From contig NC_045725.1 in the NCBI RefSeq assembly GCF_009834535.1, forward strand, positions 10,912,001-10,976,000: 64,000 nucleotides of DNA, written 5' to 3'. This stretch comes from Camelus ferus (Eukaryota). Positions 26,693 through 38,813 of the stretch are shown here, one piece after another (within the stretch, counting starts at the first letter, position 1; every line of letters starts with the position of its first letter). The notes under the pieces are model-generated. The model worked only from the letters and a program-made list of their open reading frames with translations, had not been told where the DNA came from and made no database searches. The position numbers were made by a program, and so were the translations under genes.

Positions 26693-26817
26693 GGGGCAGG
26701 GCATAACCCAGTGGTAGAGTGTGTGCTTGGTGTGCATGAGGTCCTGGGTTCAATCCTCTGAATTAAGGGAAAACAGTAAAATAAAATGAAATAAAATACT
26801 CTTTAAAAAAAGAAAAA
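26693..26817 (+). mobile_element. tRNA-derived SINE, camelid Vic-1-like
   Basis: ggggcagggcataacccagtggtagagtgtgtgcttggtgtgcatgaggtcctgggttcaatcc has box A and box B, followed by an A-rich tail. tctttaaaaaaa occurs on both sides as a possible TSD. Confidence 0.8.
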
Positions 26818-29727
26818 TACATAAGACAAGTATTCAAGAATTCCATTCATTTTCCTTCCTTCTTGTCTTACTCTCTACATTGCTTTAAAAACATAGATAA
26901 GATTAGAAATGTAAGAATGGAACATTAATAATATAAAATAAATATTGATTATTACTATATGTTTCTTACAAACAGAAAATAGGAAATTCAAGAGGGTGAG
27001 AAACTGGCTTAAATTCACAAAGCAGTGGTGAGGCCAGGACTCAAGTCTGCCACACATTTCATTTATCTGAGTCTTTAACTGGCTTCAAAGGCTTCCATGC
27101 CTCTAGAAGAGATGGGCTTAAGGAAATCCTACACAGAAGGGAGCATTTTCCTCATATCAAGTCACATGGGTTGGAGTTTAGCTAATTGCCCCAAAGTTTG
27201 CTTTTGCGCTTGGACTGTCTGAGCTAGGTAGCCCATGGAATATCCTTTGGGACTGGGCTGGGAGAAATAGTTTACTTGGAGCTCCTGAGGCTGAAGCCCT
27301 GCCTTAGGAAATGTAAACCTTTGTGGGAGTTACAATTAATGTCCAATGTAGTAAAAAGAAAACACTTAAACTTACGATTTTCCAAAAACAGGTATTGTGG
27401 GAAGAGAGATGGCTTGATAAACATTTCTTTCTCAGAACACAAATAGTTTTCTCCATAAAGTATGCAAGAACCAAATTAAGAAATTTGCTGCATTTTACAT
27501 GACCCTCCTGTCTACTCCAGTACAGACACTGTTGTTCTCTGACCCAGGGCTTCTGGGGAGACACCTGAGAAGTATGGCCACGTGCAGAGTTTCTTTCCCC
27601 AAAACTCCCTACGTCCCATAACCTCTTGTGGTAGAAGGCATTGATAAATCTCAGTGAAGTGTAGTTTGTGTATTTTATTCAGACTTCATATAATTCACCA
27701 TGTAAGTCAATTAAAGTTGAAGATACGAAAAATACACTTGATTGGAAGTCATGTATTTGGTCCTCAGAAAAGAAGTGAGTGATTCAGTCTGTCTGAAATT
27801 CTTCCAATTGTCTTCTTAAGATTTCTGCCTTAGAATCTTTGCTCAGGGTGCCTTCTAACAAACAGAGGAGCTCCTGGGCGGTATTTTCACCAGTGAAGGG
27901 TCACGGTGGTCTAGTGTTCCTAAGCCCCCCCGACCTCCGTGTAAAAGTACAGTTTCCCAAGCATCTCTGCTCACAAATGAGGCAATGACTGCACCATGGC
28001 ATTGAGGCCAGCATGGCAGGAGTTTCTATCCTGGGAATCCTCCCATTTGAAGTTCTAGGTCAATGGTGATGTTTCTGGGACAAAGTCCATGATAGTACTG
28101 TACTTTCTACACACTTGGGTTTTCAGGACTCTTGACAACCTTTCTCTTATGACCACATTCCTGGCTTGGTTTTGGGGAAAGTGATGGTGTGGTGGGTCAG
28201 GGAGAAAGAAGCTGAACTTTGTGATGAAATCTTGGGTCAAATTTCTGGCCCTTCCATTTTTTGCTCACCTCCCCTCACTATGTCTTTCTGTATCCTGTCC
28301 CCTGACTCTTCTTTCCCTCGTGTCTGCTCACTCTCCTCTCTCTTGTTCTGACTTTATCTAGTCTTTGTTTCTTTCTTCCTCTTCAGTATGATTTATTTAG
28401 GCGTTTATTTTCTGCTTTGATATTAGCCCCAACATGCAGTTTAAAGAACTTGATTTTGAAGTCAGGACAGAAATTTAAGGTATCAATTATCATCCTTTTT
28501 TGAAGGCTCAGGATTTCTCTTTTCTAAGATGCAATCTATGTGATGATTTGTATTTAATATTTTACATGATATGTAGCATGAATGCTAGAGAGGGAGGCTA
28601 TCTAGTCACATCCTTTTCTAGTTCTCACCTGTCTTAGGTAAAACTCCTGTAGCACAAATCAGACTTTGTACTTAGAAAAGGACAAACCAAATGGCCACAC
28701 TTACCTTGCAAAAAAATTAAATGTGCAGGTCAAATGAAATAACACAAGGGAAAACTTGTTTAAATGATCAGATTACAGAGCAGGAATAATATATAATCCA
28801 GGATTGCCTTATTCAATTAATTACATGTATATGAAAATCCACATAGTAATATAGGAGCATAAGAGAGAGATGCAGATGTTTATTTATCCAGAGGAAAAAA
28901 ATTGGAAGGCTTTTGGCACCAAATATATTTCCAAATGTATTTGAACTGGTTAAAATTTGAACAGGTGAAAGTAAAACTTAAGGATTTATAAAGGGAAATA
29001 GCTTCCTCTACTGTGATGTACCCCTTAATCAAAGAGGTAGGATGGTCCAGGAGGGTCTGGAAACAATGGATGAAAATGATAAACCTCCGAGGCAACGATC
29101 TGATCTAATGAATGTATCTTGTCAAGTGCTGCTTTCCTGTCTTTATGTCCCCAAATCTTTTCTCTCTCTCTCTCTCTCTCTCTTTTTTTTCAAATCTTCT
29201 CTTTGCTTACTTAAAATGAAACAAAATAAAATTACACGACCTGGCTTTTATGGCTGTCCACCTGCCAACAAAACTATCTTTTGCTGCTTTTTGATTTATT
29301 TAAAGTGTGGTTTTTATGGAGAGGGTATCTATGTTACCTGAAGCAATTCATGCTCTTCCCCTTCAATTATTAAACTTGAATAAGAAATATGAAAAAGAAA
29401 AATCCAAAGCAAATTAATATAAAAATCAAAAAAGCAAACTATGGAGACAACAGGATCTGGTTCACAAGCTTCAAAAAAGCAGCACTATCGACGCAAACAG
29501 CAGACACGCAGGAAAGGGTTGTGCTTTCACAAATATGACTGCGTTTAACGGTCTGTCACGTTGGCTTTGTTCTGTGCTCAGTCTGCCTGCTCCCCCGAAG
29601 CTCCCACTGGAAGAGGATTCCATTGTCCACATCGGAGTGAGAACATTTTGTGTTTTCTATCAGTCCAATTTTATTTAAACTGTGACAGAACTAGCAATTG
29701 GCTTCTTCTGCTCTTTGCCACCTCAAG

Positions 29728-30622
29728 TCAGAGTTTGTTGCACCATAACTTTCTCATTGAAGTTTTGACTTCTGCTTTCCTCAGAGTATAAATCAGACGG
29801 TTGAGTTAGGGTGTCCCAGTAGTGTAAACACAGCCACCATCTTGTCCACTGGAAATACAGATAGAGGTCGAGTGTATGTGAATACACACGGTTCAAAGCA
29901 CAAGATGATAACAATACTGTGGGAGGTGCAGGTGGAGAGGGCTTTCCTTCTTCCTTCTGCAGTCTGATTACTCAGAGAAGTAAGATGAAAACATAGGAGG
30001 TAAGCAGCACTGTGAAACTCACCATGCACATGGCCCCGCTGTTAAACACAATGAGTAGACTGATGACATAAGTGTTGGTGCAGGCAAGTTTCAACAAAGG
30101 CTGCATATCACAGAGATAGTGACTGATAACATTGGGCCCACAGAAGGGTAATTTCAGAGCCAAGAGGATCCGTGTTGAAGAATGGATACAAGACCCCACC
30201 CAGTGCACCACAGACACACTGGATCATGATGGTTGTGAATCTCAGGGGCTTAAAATGACCACATAGTGATCAAAGGACATAAGAGTGAGCACCAAGATCT
30301 CCATACACCCAAAGACGTGACTTGCAAAGATCTGGGTCATGCATTCATTGTAGGAGATGAATTTCTTTTCAGGTATAGAATCTACAATCAATCTAGGAGC
30401 AGTGGTTGTTGACAAACAAGAATCAGCAAAGGAGAAACAGAAAAGGAGGAAGTACGTGGGGTTCCCAAGTGTCTGGCTATGTCTCAGGGTCATCACAATA
30501 AGGAAGCTCGCCAACAGAGTTGTGAGGTATACAAGCAAGATCACGAATACTACTTTCTCCCTTAATGCATCTCGTGCTAACTCATATAGAATGAAGTCAT
30601 TCACACTGCTGTTCATCCCCAT
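29728..30622 (-). pseudogene. OR4C11: Olfactory receptor OR4C11-like pseudogene
   Basis: MGMNSSVNDFIL...FADSCLSTTTAPRLIVD...YNECMTQ...FGCMEI...LPFCGPN...CDMQPLLKLAC...KALSTCTSH...MRKLWCNKL*. Frameshift at ICKP (att tta agc ccc TGA), a deletion in TM4, and a further frameshift near 29975. Acceptor ttttctttgcAG at 30667 is intact. Confidence 0.9.
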
Positions 30623-31919
30623 GGTTACACTGAATATAAGGCAGACACGGCTGAGAAATGGCTCATCTGCAAAGAAAACTGGGGATGTGGTGACTTGCAA
30701 CAACAGTGTATTTGGACTCTGAATTACAACTTTCATATTTCTAATTCCATCAACACTGTAACTCTGTTTCTCAAAGTTTTTCATAATTACACTAATGTGG
30801 GAAACATTTTTTTTTAATGTTGACATTTATGCTTTAACCATGTGCATTGATTCAAGGTCTTCCTATGTGGACCAAGACATTTTTCAGCAAGAAAAAAAAA
30901 ATAAAATAAAGCCCACCAGTGATTGTTCCCTCTGCAAAGGTCTGAGAACTAATGACTTGGCTTTACAATCTTGATCAGGTCACTTTAATGTCTTGAAGCT
31001 CTTTCCTCATATGACAATTAGAGATTCTAATAGATACTTTAGTAAGCATATACCTGTGTATAGGATATATATGTGCATATAATGTATATGCATCTCAATT
31101 ATTGAAAAATAATATCTCTGTATAATTTAGAAATGACACTTTTGGAGATTCTCTCCTAAGCAAATACATTTCTTGATTTGGACACCAGTTTGCACTCATG
31201 ATTCCTGACCTCTTCAGTATCTTAGTTGGATTATGCCTTAAGGAAAAAATATTTTTTCCATCTTTAGGCTTATTGTGGCTATAATTTTACCTCCATTGCC
31301 AGTTAGGGCACATAAGCTATTTGGGTAAATCACTGAGGCAGCAATATTGAGGAAAAGCGCTCTGTGTTTGAAACAACCCGTTACTTATAACAGGTGTGTG
31401 GTAGGGTTAAGTTTCACCTCCTATCGATCCAGCCTGTTGTGCTACTTCTTGCATTTCTATAACTTGTGTCATGTCCTCTCTCATAGCCGATTCTCCTACC
31501 ACTTGCTTCAGAAGTTTGTGTTCTTCCAGTTTTTCTCTCTGAAACATATTTTAAAAGCATATTTCAGAATTTCAACCTACAAATAGTTCTCATTGTTTCA
31601 CTTTATTCTCTGCTTATATACAAACATATCTATATAATTTCAATCATCCTATAATATTATTATATTTTCTGATTTTCCTTTTTAATTTTAAAGTCTTTTC
31701 TATGTAGTTAAAGAGCGTCCATAATGAAATTACCTATTTAGCAAGTATAAATAACAAATCAAAATTTCATAAGTTACTTAGAGTAACTTTATGCTATTGA
31801 CTCTTGATCCAGAAAATATATAACACAGATTCAGTAAGGCCAGAACTGATTTATCATCAAAATGGATATCAGAAATCAGGGACAAATTATTAAATAAAAT
31901 TAAAAATAAAATAAATTAA

Positions 31920-32196
31920 ATCACCAGATTTCCCCTGACACCAGCATGATTGCATCAAAGAAGAAAATGAAGCTCTGGGTTTGCCCTGATTAGTACCAGG
32001 AGCACTGCTCCTTGGCCTTTTACTCTAACGCCCCCAACCACCTTCTCCAAATCGGGCTCACAGTCTTAAAGGCACTAGCCTACTGTCATCTCCTTTGCCT
32101 GGTACGGAAATAAAGCTGTTCTGCCTACTTTATCCAAACTCTGTCTCCGAGTTTCAATTTGCGAAATGGGGGCTCAGAGGCTAAAGTTGAGCAACA
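31920..32196 (+). mobile_element. ERV1 LTR (3' part)
   Basis: gcctggtacggaaataaagctgttctgcctactttatccaaactctgtctccgag...cagaggctaaagttgagcaaca is an artiodactyl ERV1-type R/U5 ending in CA. 5' boundary uncertain. Confidence 0.7.
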
Positions 32197-32199
32197 ATC

Positions 32200-32720
32200 C
32201 CACCAAACGGCTTCCTTCACCACATCTCCACTCGTGTCGTCTCATTCTATAGGGTTCAGCTCTAACAATTGTTTGTGACACTTACACCATTGTTCTTGTA
32301 ACTTTCTACTCGACATCAGGCATCCTCCTGCCTGAGAACCTTTGGAAGGTTGTTTTCTGTGTCTTAACTGTTCTTCCTCCTTAAATAGGCATGGCCACCT
32401 CCTCACTTACTTTGGCTTATTATTGAAATGTGTCTTCTCAATAACGACTTTTCTGACTTCCCAGAATTGCAGCTCCCACCCACCAGCATTTTGTGACTCC
32501 TATTCCTCCATCTCTGCTTAACTTTTACCCTTAGCACTTACCATTCTTTAACATGGTGCACAGTTGAATTACTCATTCTGTTTTCTGGTATAGGCACTAG
32601 AACACAATTTATAAAGACACGGGGACTTGTGTCTTTAAAAAAAAATCCCATTAAATCTCCAGGGCCTAGGATAGCATCAGGCATATTTTAAGTGGTTGAT
32701 AAACATTTGTTGAATTAATA
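32200..32720 (+). mobile_element. LINE-2 3' end
   Basis: Ends with ctccagggcctaggatagcatcaggcata...gataaacatttgttgaattaataaat. Confidence 0.7.
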
Positions 32721-32884
32721 AATAAATAATTATAGAAATATATGAACCATATTTAGAACTTCAGAAGGAACCACATAATGATACCAAATAATAAAGAACA
32801 GAAGGTAAAAAAATAGAATATAAATATGAAGAGAATACACAAAAAAGCCAAAATCTGGTCCTCTGAGTAGAAGAATAAAGTTAG

Positions 32885-33005
32885 CAACCCCCTACCATGT
32901 GGTGGCATTTATATGAGTGTGTACCTCTGTCAAAAGTCATCTACTGTACGTTTTAAAATGGTGCATTCTACTGTATGTAAATTATACCTTAAGAAGTGGA
33001 TTTAA
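32885..33005 (+). mobile_element. Ancient L1M extreme 3' end
   Basis: gtcaaaagtcatctactgtacgttttaaaatggtgcattctactgtatgtaaattatacctta. Confidence 0.6.
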
Positions 33006-35884
33006 AAATAAAAATACGTTAAAATGTTTTTCTTTTCATTTTCTCTCTTCTCTTCTTTACTGACTACTGACTTCAAAATATAGAAATTATAGAAATTTTA
33101 GTTAGTAGGCTTCATTGTAATTATTTATAGTGTATTTTATCAGAATCATTAGGACTTATAATAATTATTATATCTAACACTAACATTTTCTGGGATAGGA
33201 AACTAGGAGAACTTAAGAAACTTGCTCTAAAGTTACAGAAACATAAATCATGAAGCTAGACTTCAATTAGATCACGTCAGTTTGCACCTTTACCTGAGCT
33301 CAGAGCTTTGTGTGTCATTAGAAAAGATCTGACTTAAAAGACAGAAAAGTTGGTAAACTTCAGTAGTCCATACCTCAATGTGACCTTGAAAGTGTGCTTT
33401 TTCTCCTTGGAGTAGGGGGCAAGTGTGGAGCCCTTGGTAACTGAAGTGGGAGGTACCCGTTAGGATGAACTAGGAGGGGAAAAGGGCTCTGTGGGCAGAG
33501 CCTGCCTGTTGACGGTCTTGTCTGGGGTTAATTAGCCCCAGGGCTTGCTGTGAGCTGGATGAACTGAGCTCGCTGCCTCGTGCAGCAAGTCCCTCAGGGT
33601 TGGGCGGGAAGGGTGGAGTCCTCATCCCTCTGAAGGCTGGGCATTTATGAACTTTTATAAAGTTCCTATACATACCTGATGGAGGAGGAAGTGTTTAATT
33701 CAAATGATGCTTTTCCAGGGAACGTTTTAGGGGTAATAGAGCTGGCTGTTTAGACATGTTCTTATCACAGAATAGTACAGATAGTTCCTATTCACCCTAG
33801 AAATTTCTGAGAGCAGAAGTAAGAAGTTTTCTGCCCATACTATGGGCCCTTTCGAAGCCTCTAACTCAGGCCTCATAGAAAGGGCTGGCTGTATCTGGAG
33901 TGGCTTCTCTCCCCGTAGATTCTGCAACAGGAAGCAGAGTGGATCTTTTCTGAAGTAAAATTTGCATGTGGCAAACATAGCACATGATTCTTCAAAGTAA
34001 ATCAGAATTAAAAGAGCAAAAGCTATGAATTCCTCTTTTTTTTTTTTTTTACAAGAAAAAAGGTAAGTTTTCATGCCCACCTGAACAATTTCTTATTTCT
34101 TGCCCATTACTTGACACTGGGTTTTAGGGCCTTTATCCAGTTCTATCTCTTGAGAAAGCTGAAGTCGCAGGAACACGCTTCCCTCAGTGAGAAGACTCTG
34201 GTGTTTCCGGTTCCCCGGCTTTGACGAGCCTCTGCTCAGTGCAGTGCTGGCTCAGGCCTGACAGTTATTGAAAAAAGGGGTATATTGAAGGCAGCAGGGG
34301 TATAGTATCCTGTACCTGCAGATCTCTTATTGGCAAGACTCGGGGGCAGGAAAAGGGCAGGTGTGCATACTGACGACATGCGGTGGTCCTGGGGGCACTA
34401 CGGCTCTACGACACTGTGGTGCTGCTTGTCCTCATATCATTATACTAGTCTTTGTCATCCAGGACCCACTGGAATTGCTGTTCGCAGCCCTAAACCATGT
34501 TTTCTTTCTGGAACTGGAGTAAGAGGTAATATGAGGCGTGAAGAAGAGAGAAACAACCCTGCAGTGAAATCCCAGGACAGACTGCTCTGTCCCTTCCGTG
34601 GGTCTGTGGTCCCCCTCGCGTTGTCTTTCCCCGTCTCATCCCCGGATTCTCCTTCCTTCTCTGGTTCTTTCTCCCACTCACACTTTCCCCTTTTGCTCTG
34701 ACCCCTGCCATCATTCTCAACCTCTCTATCCCCTCCTGCTCACTGTTATTTTTCAAATACACATGTAAACTGCGGATCTTTTTTCTTTGAGCCCTCCTGA
34801 TGCCTGCATCTGTCTGACAGCCAGGACTCGCGCCGCACACGCCAGGGTGTTCTCCTTCGCCTGCTTACGCCTCCTCGGCTCTGCGCCGGCTCCACCCCGA
34901 CGGCTGGAGATGGGTACTTCGCATGGCAGTGTGGAGTGCAGGGTTAGAGAGAGGTCGCCGTGGGGCACACAGGCTTGAGTTCTAGTCCTGGTTCCTCTCT
35001 GACTACTCCCTGCCAGTCTCCACCTCCCAGTTTAGTCTGAGGTGCACAAAGTGGAGTAACATGAACTTGCCTTACAAGATGGTAAAATCTAATGAGCAAA
35101 AGACATTAAAGCAAAAATGAAAGGCGGCTCTAATTGGTGATTGTATAATTCAATACACACACAGCCTTTAACAGTGGATGGCCAGTAGCAAGGAAGTTAT
35201 TTAGAAAAACCCAGGAAGGCTTCCCTGAGATGGCATTTGAACAGGACTCCTTGTACACAGGTAGAAATGAGTATAAGGACGGTCATGTTGCTGCTATGAG
35301 ATACGGAACCTTCAGACAATCAGATGTTAGGGGTCTGTGTGGGAGGGACAGCAGGCGTCAGGTCTGGCTGGAGCACGCATAAGCAGGAGCACTGGGAGGA
35401 AAAGTGGAAAGGAGATGCTGGCACCAAGTTAGAGGACTTTGAAAGCCACAGTGAGTACTTCAGCCATTGTGTCTGAAAGCCAGAGCGACAACTGCACTAT
35501 ATTTATGACTCAGCATATTTTTTAAATGCCCACTTTTCATTTTCAAGACATGGAAAGGAGGTAGATTGAGGGAGAGGATGGAAAGACAGAGTATCTGAAA
35601 CTGTGTCCTCTCTATTTAGAAACACAGTCTAGGCCTGTGAGGATCTAGGATTGGCCACTTGTAAGTTGTAAGAGTGACATTTATGAAGCATCAGTCTGGT
35701 TTTGCGGTACGTATGAGCTAATGAACCTCACGGTGAAAGCCACAGGGAGCTCTCACTCAGTGTTACTTTCCTTCCACTAAATTGTGCGAGACACTTTATT
35801 TAGAACTTAATGAGGATTAAATATTGTGTGAAAGGAAATATTATGTTCTGTGTTTGGGGAGTACAGAAATGCTCCTATTTCTAG

Positions 35885-36160
35885 GGTAGTGAAAATACTG
35901 TCTATGATACCATGATAACAGATACACGTCGTTGCACATTTATCCAGCCCCATGGAATGCACAGCCCCAAGGTAAACTGCAGCCTTTGGGTGATGGTGAC
36001 GTGGCAGTGCAGGTGCGTCACTGTCACAGGTGCACCGCTTTGGTGGGAGACACTGATAATGAGGTGGGGCTACACGCGTGTGAGGGACGGACTATAACGG
36101 ACATCTCTGTATCTTTCTCTTAATTTTGCCATGAACCTAAAACTGCTCTAAAAAGTAAAA
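35885..36160 (+). mobile_element. L1MC/L1MB-type 3' end
   Basis: ctttgggtgatggtgacgtggcagtgcagg...ttttgccatgaacctaaaactgctctaaaaagtaaaa. Confidence 0.8.
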
Positions 36161-37643
36161 CCTTAGAAATGACAATCGCAACAACTCTCTTAAAGCCGAA
36201 GGGAGATACTTAAGTTTGCTATTCTGCATAGAGACAAATTGAGAATGAACACTTAAGATCCTTCTCTAAGAAAGGAAGTAAGGAGTCTGAAGCCACTAGT
36301 GAACCCTATTTGGGATGGCTTCAGGCACGGGCTTTACTTTTGAGGGGACACAGTGAATCACCTGGCACGCTTTCCGTGGAGTTTCTAAGTGCAAGGGATG
36401 GAAAGACTGATGCCTTCAGAGAAAGCCTGACATCTTGAAGGAGGCAGACATTTCATTATGGATGAGCTCAAAGTCCAATTAGATTAAATTCAGTAAAAAA
36501 AAAAAAAAAAAGCAATTTTATTAAACAACTTTGAGTGATTTTTGTTCCTAAGTACTGAGTACACCTTAGTAAAAACTGTTTTCATGATTTTCATGCCTCT
36601 AAATTTTGTATTTTAATAATGAAAATATGTTCAAACATCATACCCTCATTCATGTCCTTCAGCTAATGAGAAAACCTACTTTCCCAAGCTTCTCTACTAT
36701 AACTTCAGAATCTGACTAAACTAGAGGCTTCGTATTGATCTTCTCTTTGTTTGCCTGACAAAGCATTTGCTTTATCATCTCCATTAAAATTTTGCTTTCA
36801 TTTCTCATTCCAAATGCCCTCACTCTTCTGATTTTCATATCTTTAGATCTCACACTTTTTCACAACCAATGGCCTATTTAACTTTTTATATGCCTGTCAT
36901 TATGGGCTGCATATATTAAAGCTGGTTTGCACTTTTAATTCATTTTTAAATATTACTTGAAACAGTCATTCCTGGTTTCTGATCATCATGAGAAGAAAAC
37001 GGGTGTGTGATCTGCAGTGCTGACGTGACTTCAGCCACTCAGCAACAGAACTAACGCTTAATACAGCTGTGCAGCTGTGTTTCAGGTAAACGAACAATTT
37101 GGATTAAGGTTTTTGAACAATAGAAGGTATTTTTTGGAAAGCCAACATTAATAAAGGACATAATGAAAGTAACCACTAAAATTGTAGTGTTGCACACCTG
37201 TGTCTTCCATATGCTTTGCACATACTGAATTATCCAACCTTCATATCAACCTTAAGAGGTGGTTATTTTATTACCTGTGTTTACAGGTGAATAAAATAGG
37301 TGAAGATAACAGGGATTTGTTAAATATCACACCATAATGGGCAACGGGTGGGGTGGGAATCCAGGCAGTGTGGCTGTGCTAACCCATCTCTCAGTTCTGC
37401 TTCTGAATATTTGCACCTCAGAGAAACCTCAGGTTTAAAACCTGACTCTCTCCAGTTAAAGTTATAGTATATCTCTTAACATGATTCTGAACTCTTCACT
37501 GACCAGTGTATCCTCTAGGAATTTGTACTTTTTGCTCTTAAGATAGTTTCCATTCTTCTGATACCAATCATAAACTTAATTACATAATTAATGATCTTAT
37601 CTACATTATCTACATTTACGTTATCTCCATTATTTACGTTATC

Positions 37644-37780
37644 TTTTTTTAACATTTTTAATTGAGTGATAGTCATTTTACAATGTTGTGTCAAATTCTG
37701 GTGTACAGCACAATTTTTCAGTTATACATGAACATACATATATTCATTGTCACATTTTTTTTCACTGTGAGCCACCACAA
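37644..37780 (-). mobile_element. Young 5'-truncated L1 3' end (camelid-type)
   Basis: Poly-T then attgagtgatagtcattttacaatgttgtgtcaaattctggtgtacagcacaa...cattgtcacatttttttcactgtgagccaccacaa. gttatct(t) is repeated at both flanks as a partial TSD. Confidence 0.8.
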
Positions 37781-38813
37781 TATAGTTATCTTAAAATTCA
37801 TATTGTCAAACTATTAAGAAGATGGGACTATTTTGCCCATTCCTCAAAATAACTCCAGATAATTTTGATTCAGTATTTGAAATGAATGAAAATGATCGAA
37901 TTATGGAAGAGAAGTCACTAACTACTATATAAATTTAAAATATTTTGAAATAATTGCCTAAACTAAAAATGGGATAATTGACAACTTGGACTATATAAAA
38001 AGGGAAGAAAAGTCACAGAAAAAGAGAAGAAACAAAAATCATAATAGTGGGAATAGAAGAGGCAGAGATTTACATAAGTCTGTCTTACTATGAGCCAGAT
38101 ATTTTTCTATTTTATCTGCATAGTGACCATAATGATGTCTAAAGTGATTTCCCCAAGATTGTGCGGCTAGTAAATAGTAGAGCTGGGATTTGAACTCAGG
38201 CCATCTGTTTCCACCAACTGTATCCTTAAGCAAGAAATATACTTATTTTGCTAGATTAATGTCCATCTTGGCAAAATATCAATATTGCAAAATATGACCT
38301 GACAAAAGATGAAAGATTCTCAGAAGGATATTTTCAAAAATGTAGTAAAAATATAAAATTGGAAATATACATGTGTATATGTGTCTAGATATGTGTGTTT
38401 GAAATCTTTTCTTAATTCTTAGGAAAATTCAGAATGAGATAGGCCAAGAATTTACAGTCAAATTTTCATTATGAAGGCAAAATTTCAAAATAGTTAAGTA
38501 ATTTGTTCCAAAAAAGTGCAAGTTCTGCAATCTCAGTTTGGTTGAGATCAAAAAATTTTTAAAGGATATTTATTTTTTTATCCCCAAAATGCAAACTGTG
38601 GTCCAAGGCAGCCAGTTTCCAAATCAACTGATAGATCTGGGAGAGGCTTGAGCATCGGCAGATTTATAAAGGTTCACAGGGGATTAAAGACAGTTGGAGG
38701 TAACAGAGCAGGGAACAGAAACAAGGAATTCAGAGCTCTTCCCAAGATGTCACTTTTTTTCTTCTCTCTTCAGATTAAATCTTTGCCAACTGCATCTACC
38801 TACAGCCACTAGC

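Noticed and set aside
26693-26765. Functional tRNA gene
   Set aside because: It has A and B boxes but degenerate stems, an A-rich tail and a possible TSD, fitting a tRNA-derived SINE.
38694-38813. 40-aa N-terminal extension of the 344-aa OR ORF
   Set aside because: It starts at a non-ATG codon and runs through a polypyrimidine tract and acceptor (38773), so it is intronic/UTR. The true start is the ATG at 38814.
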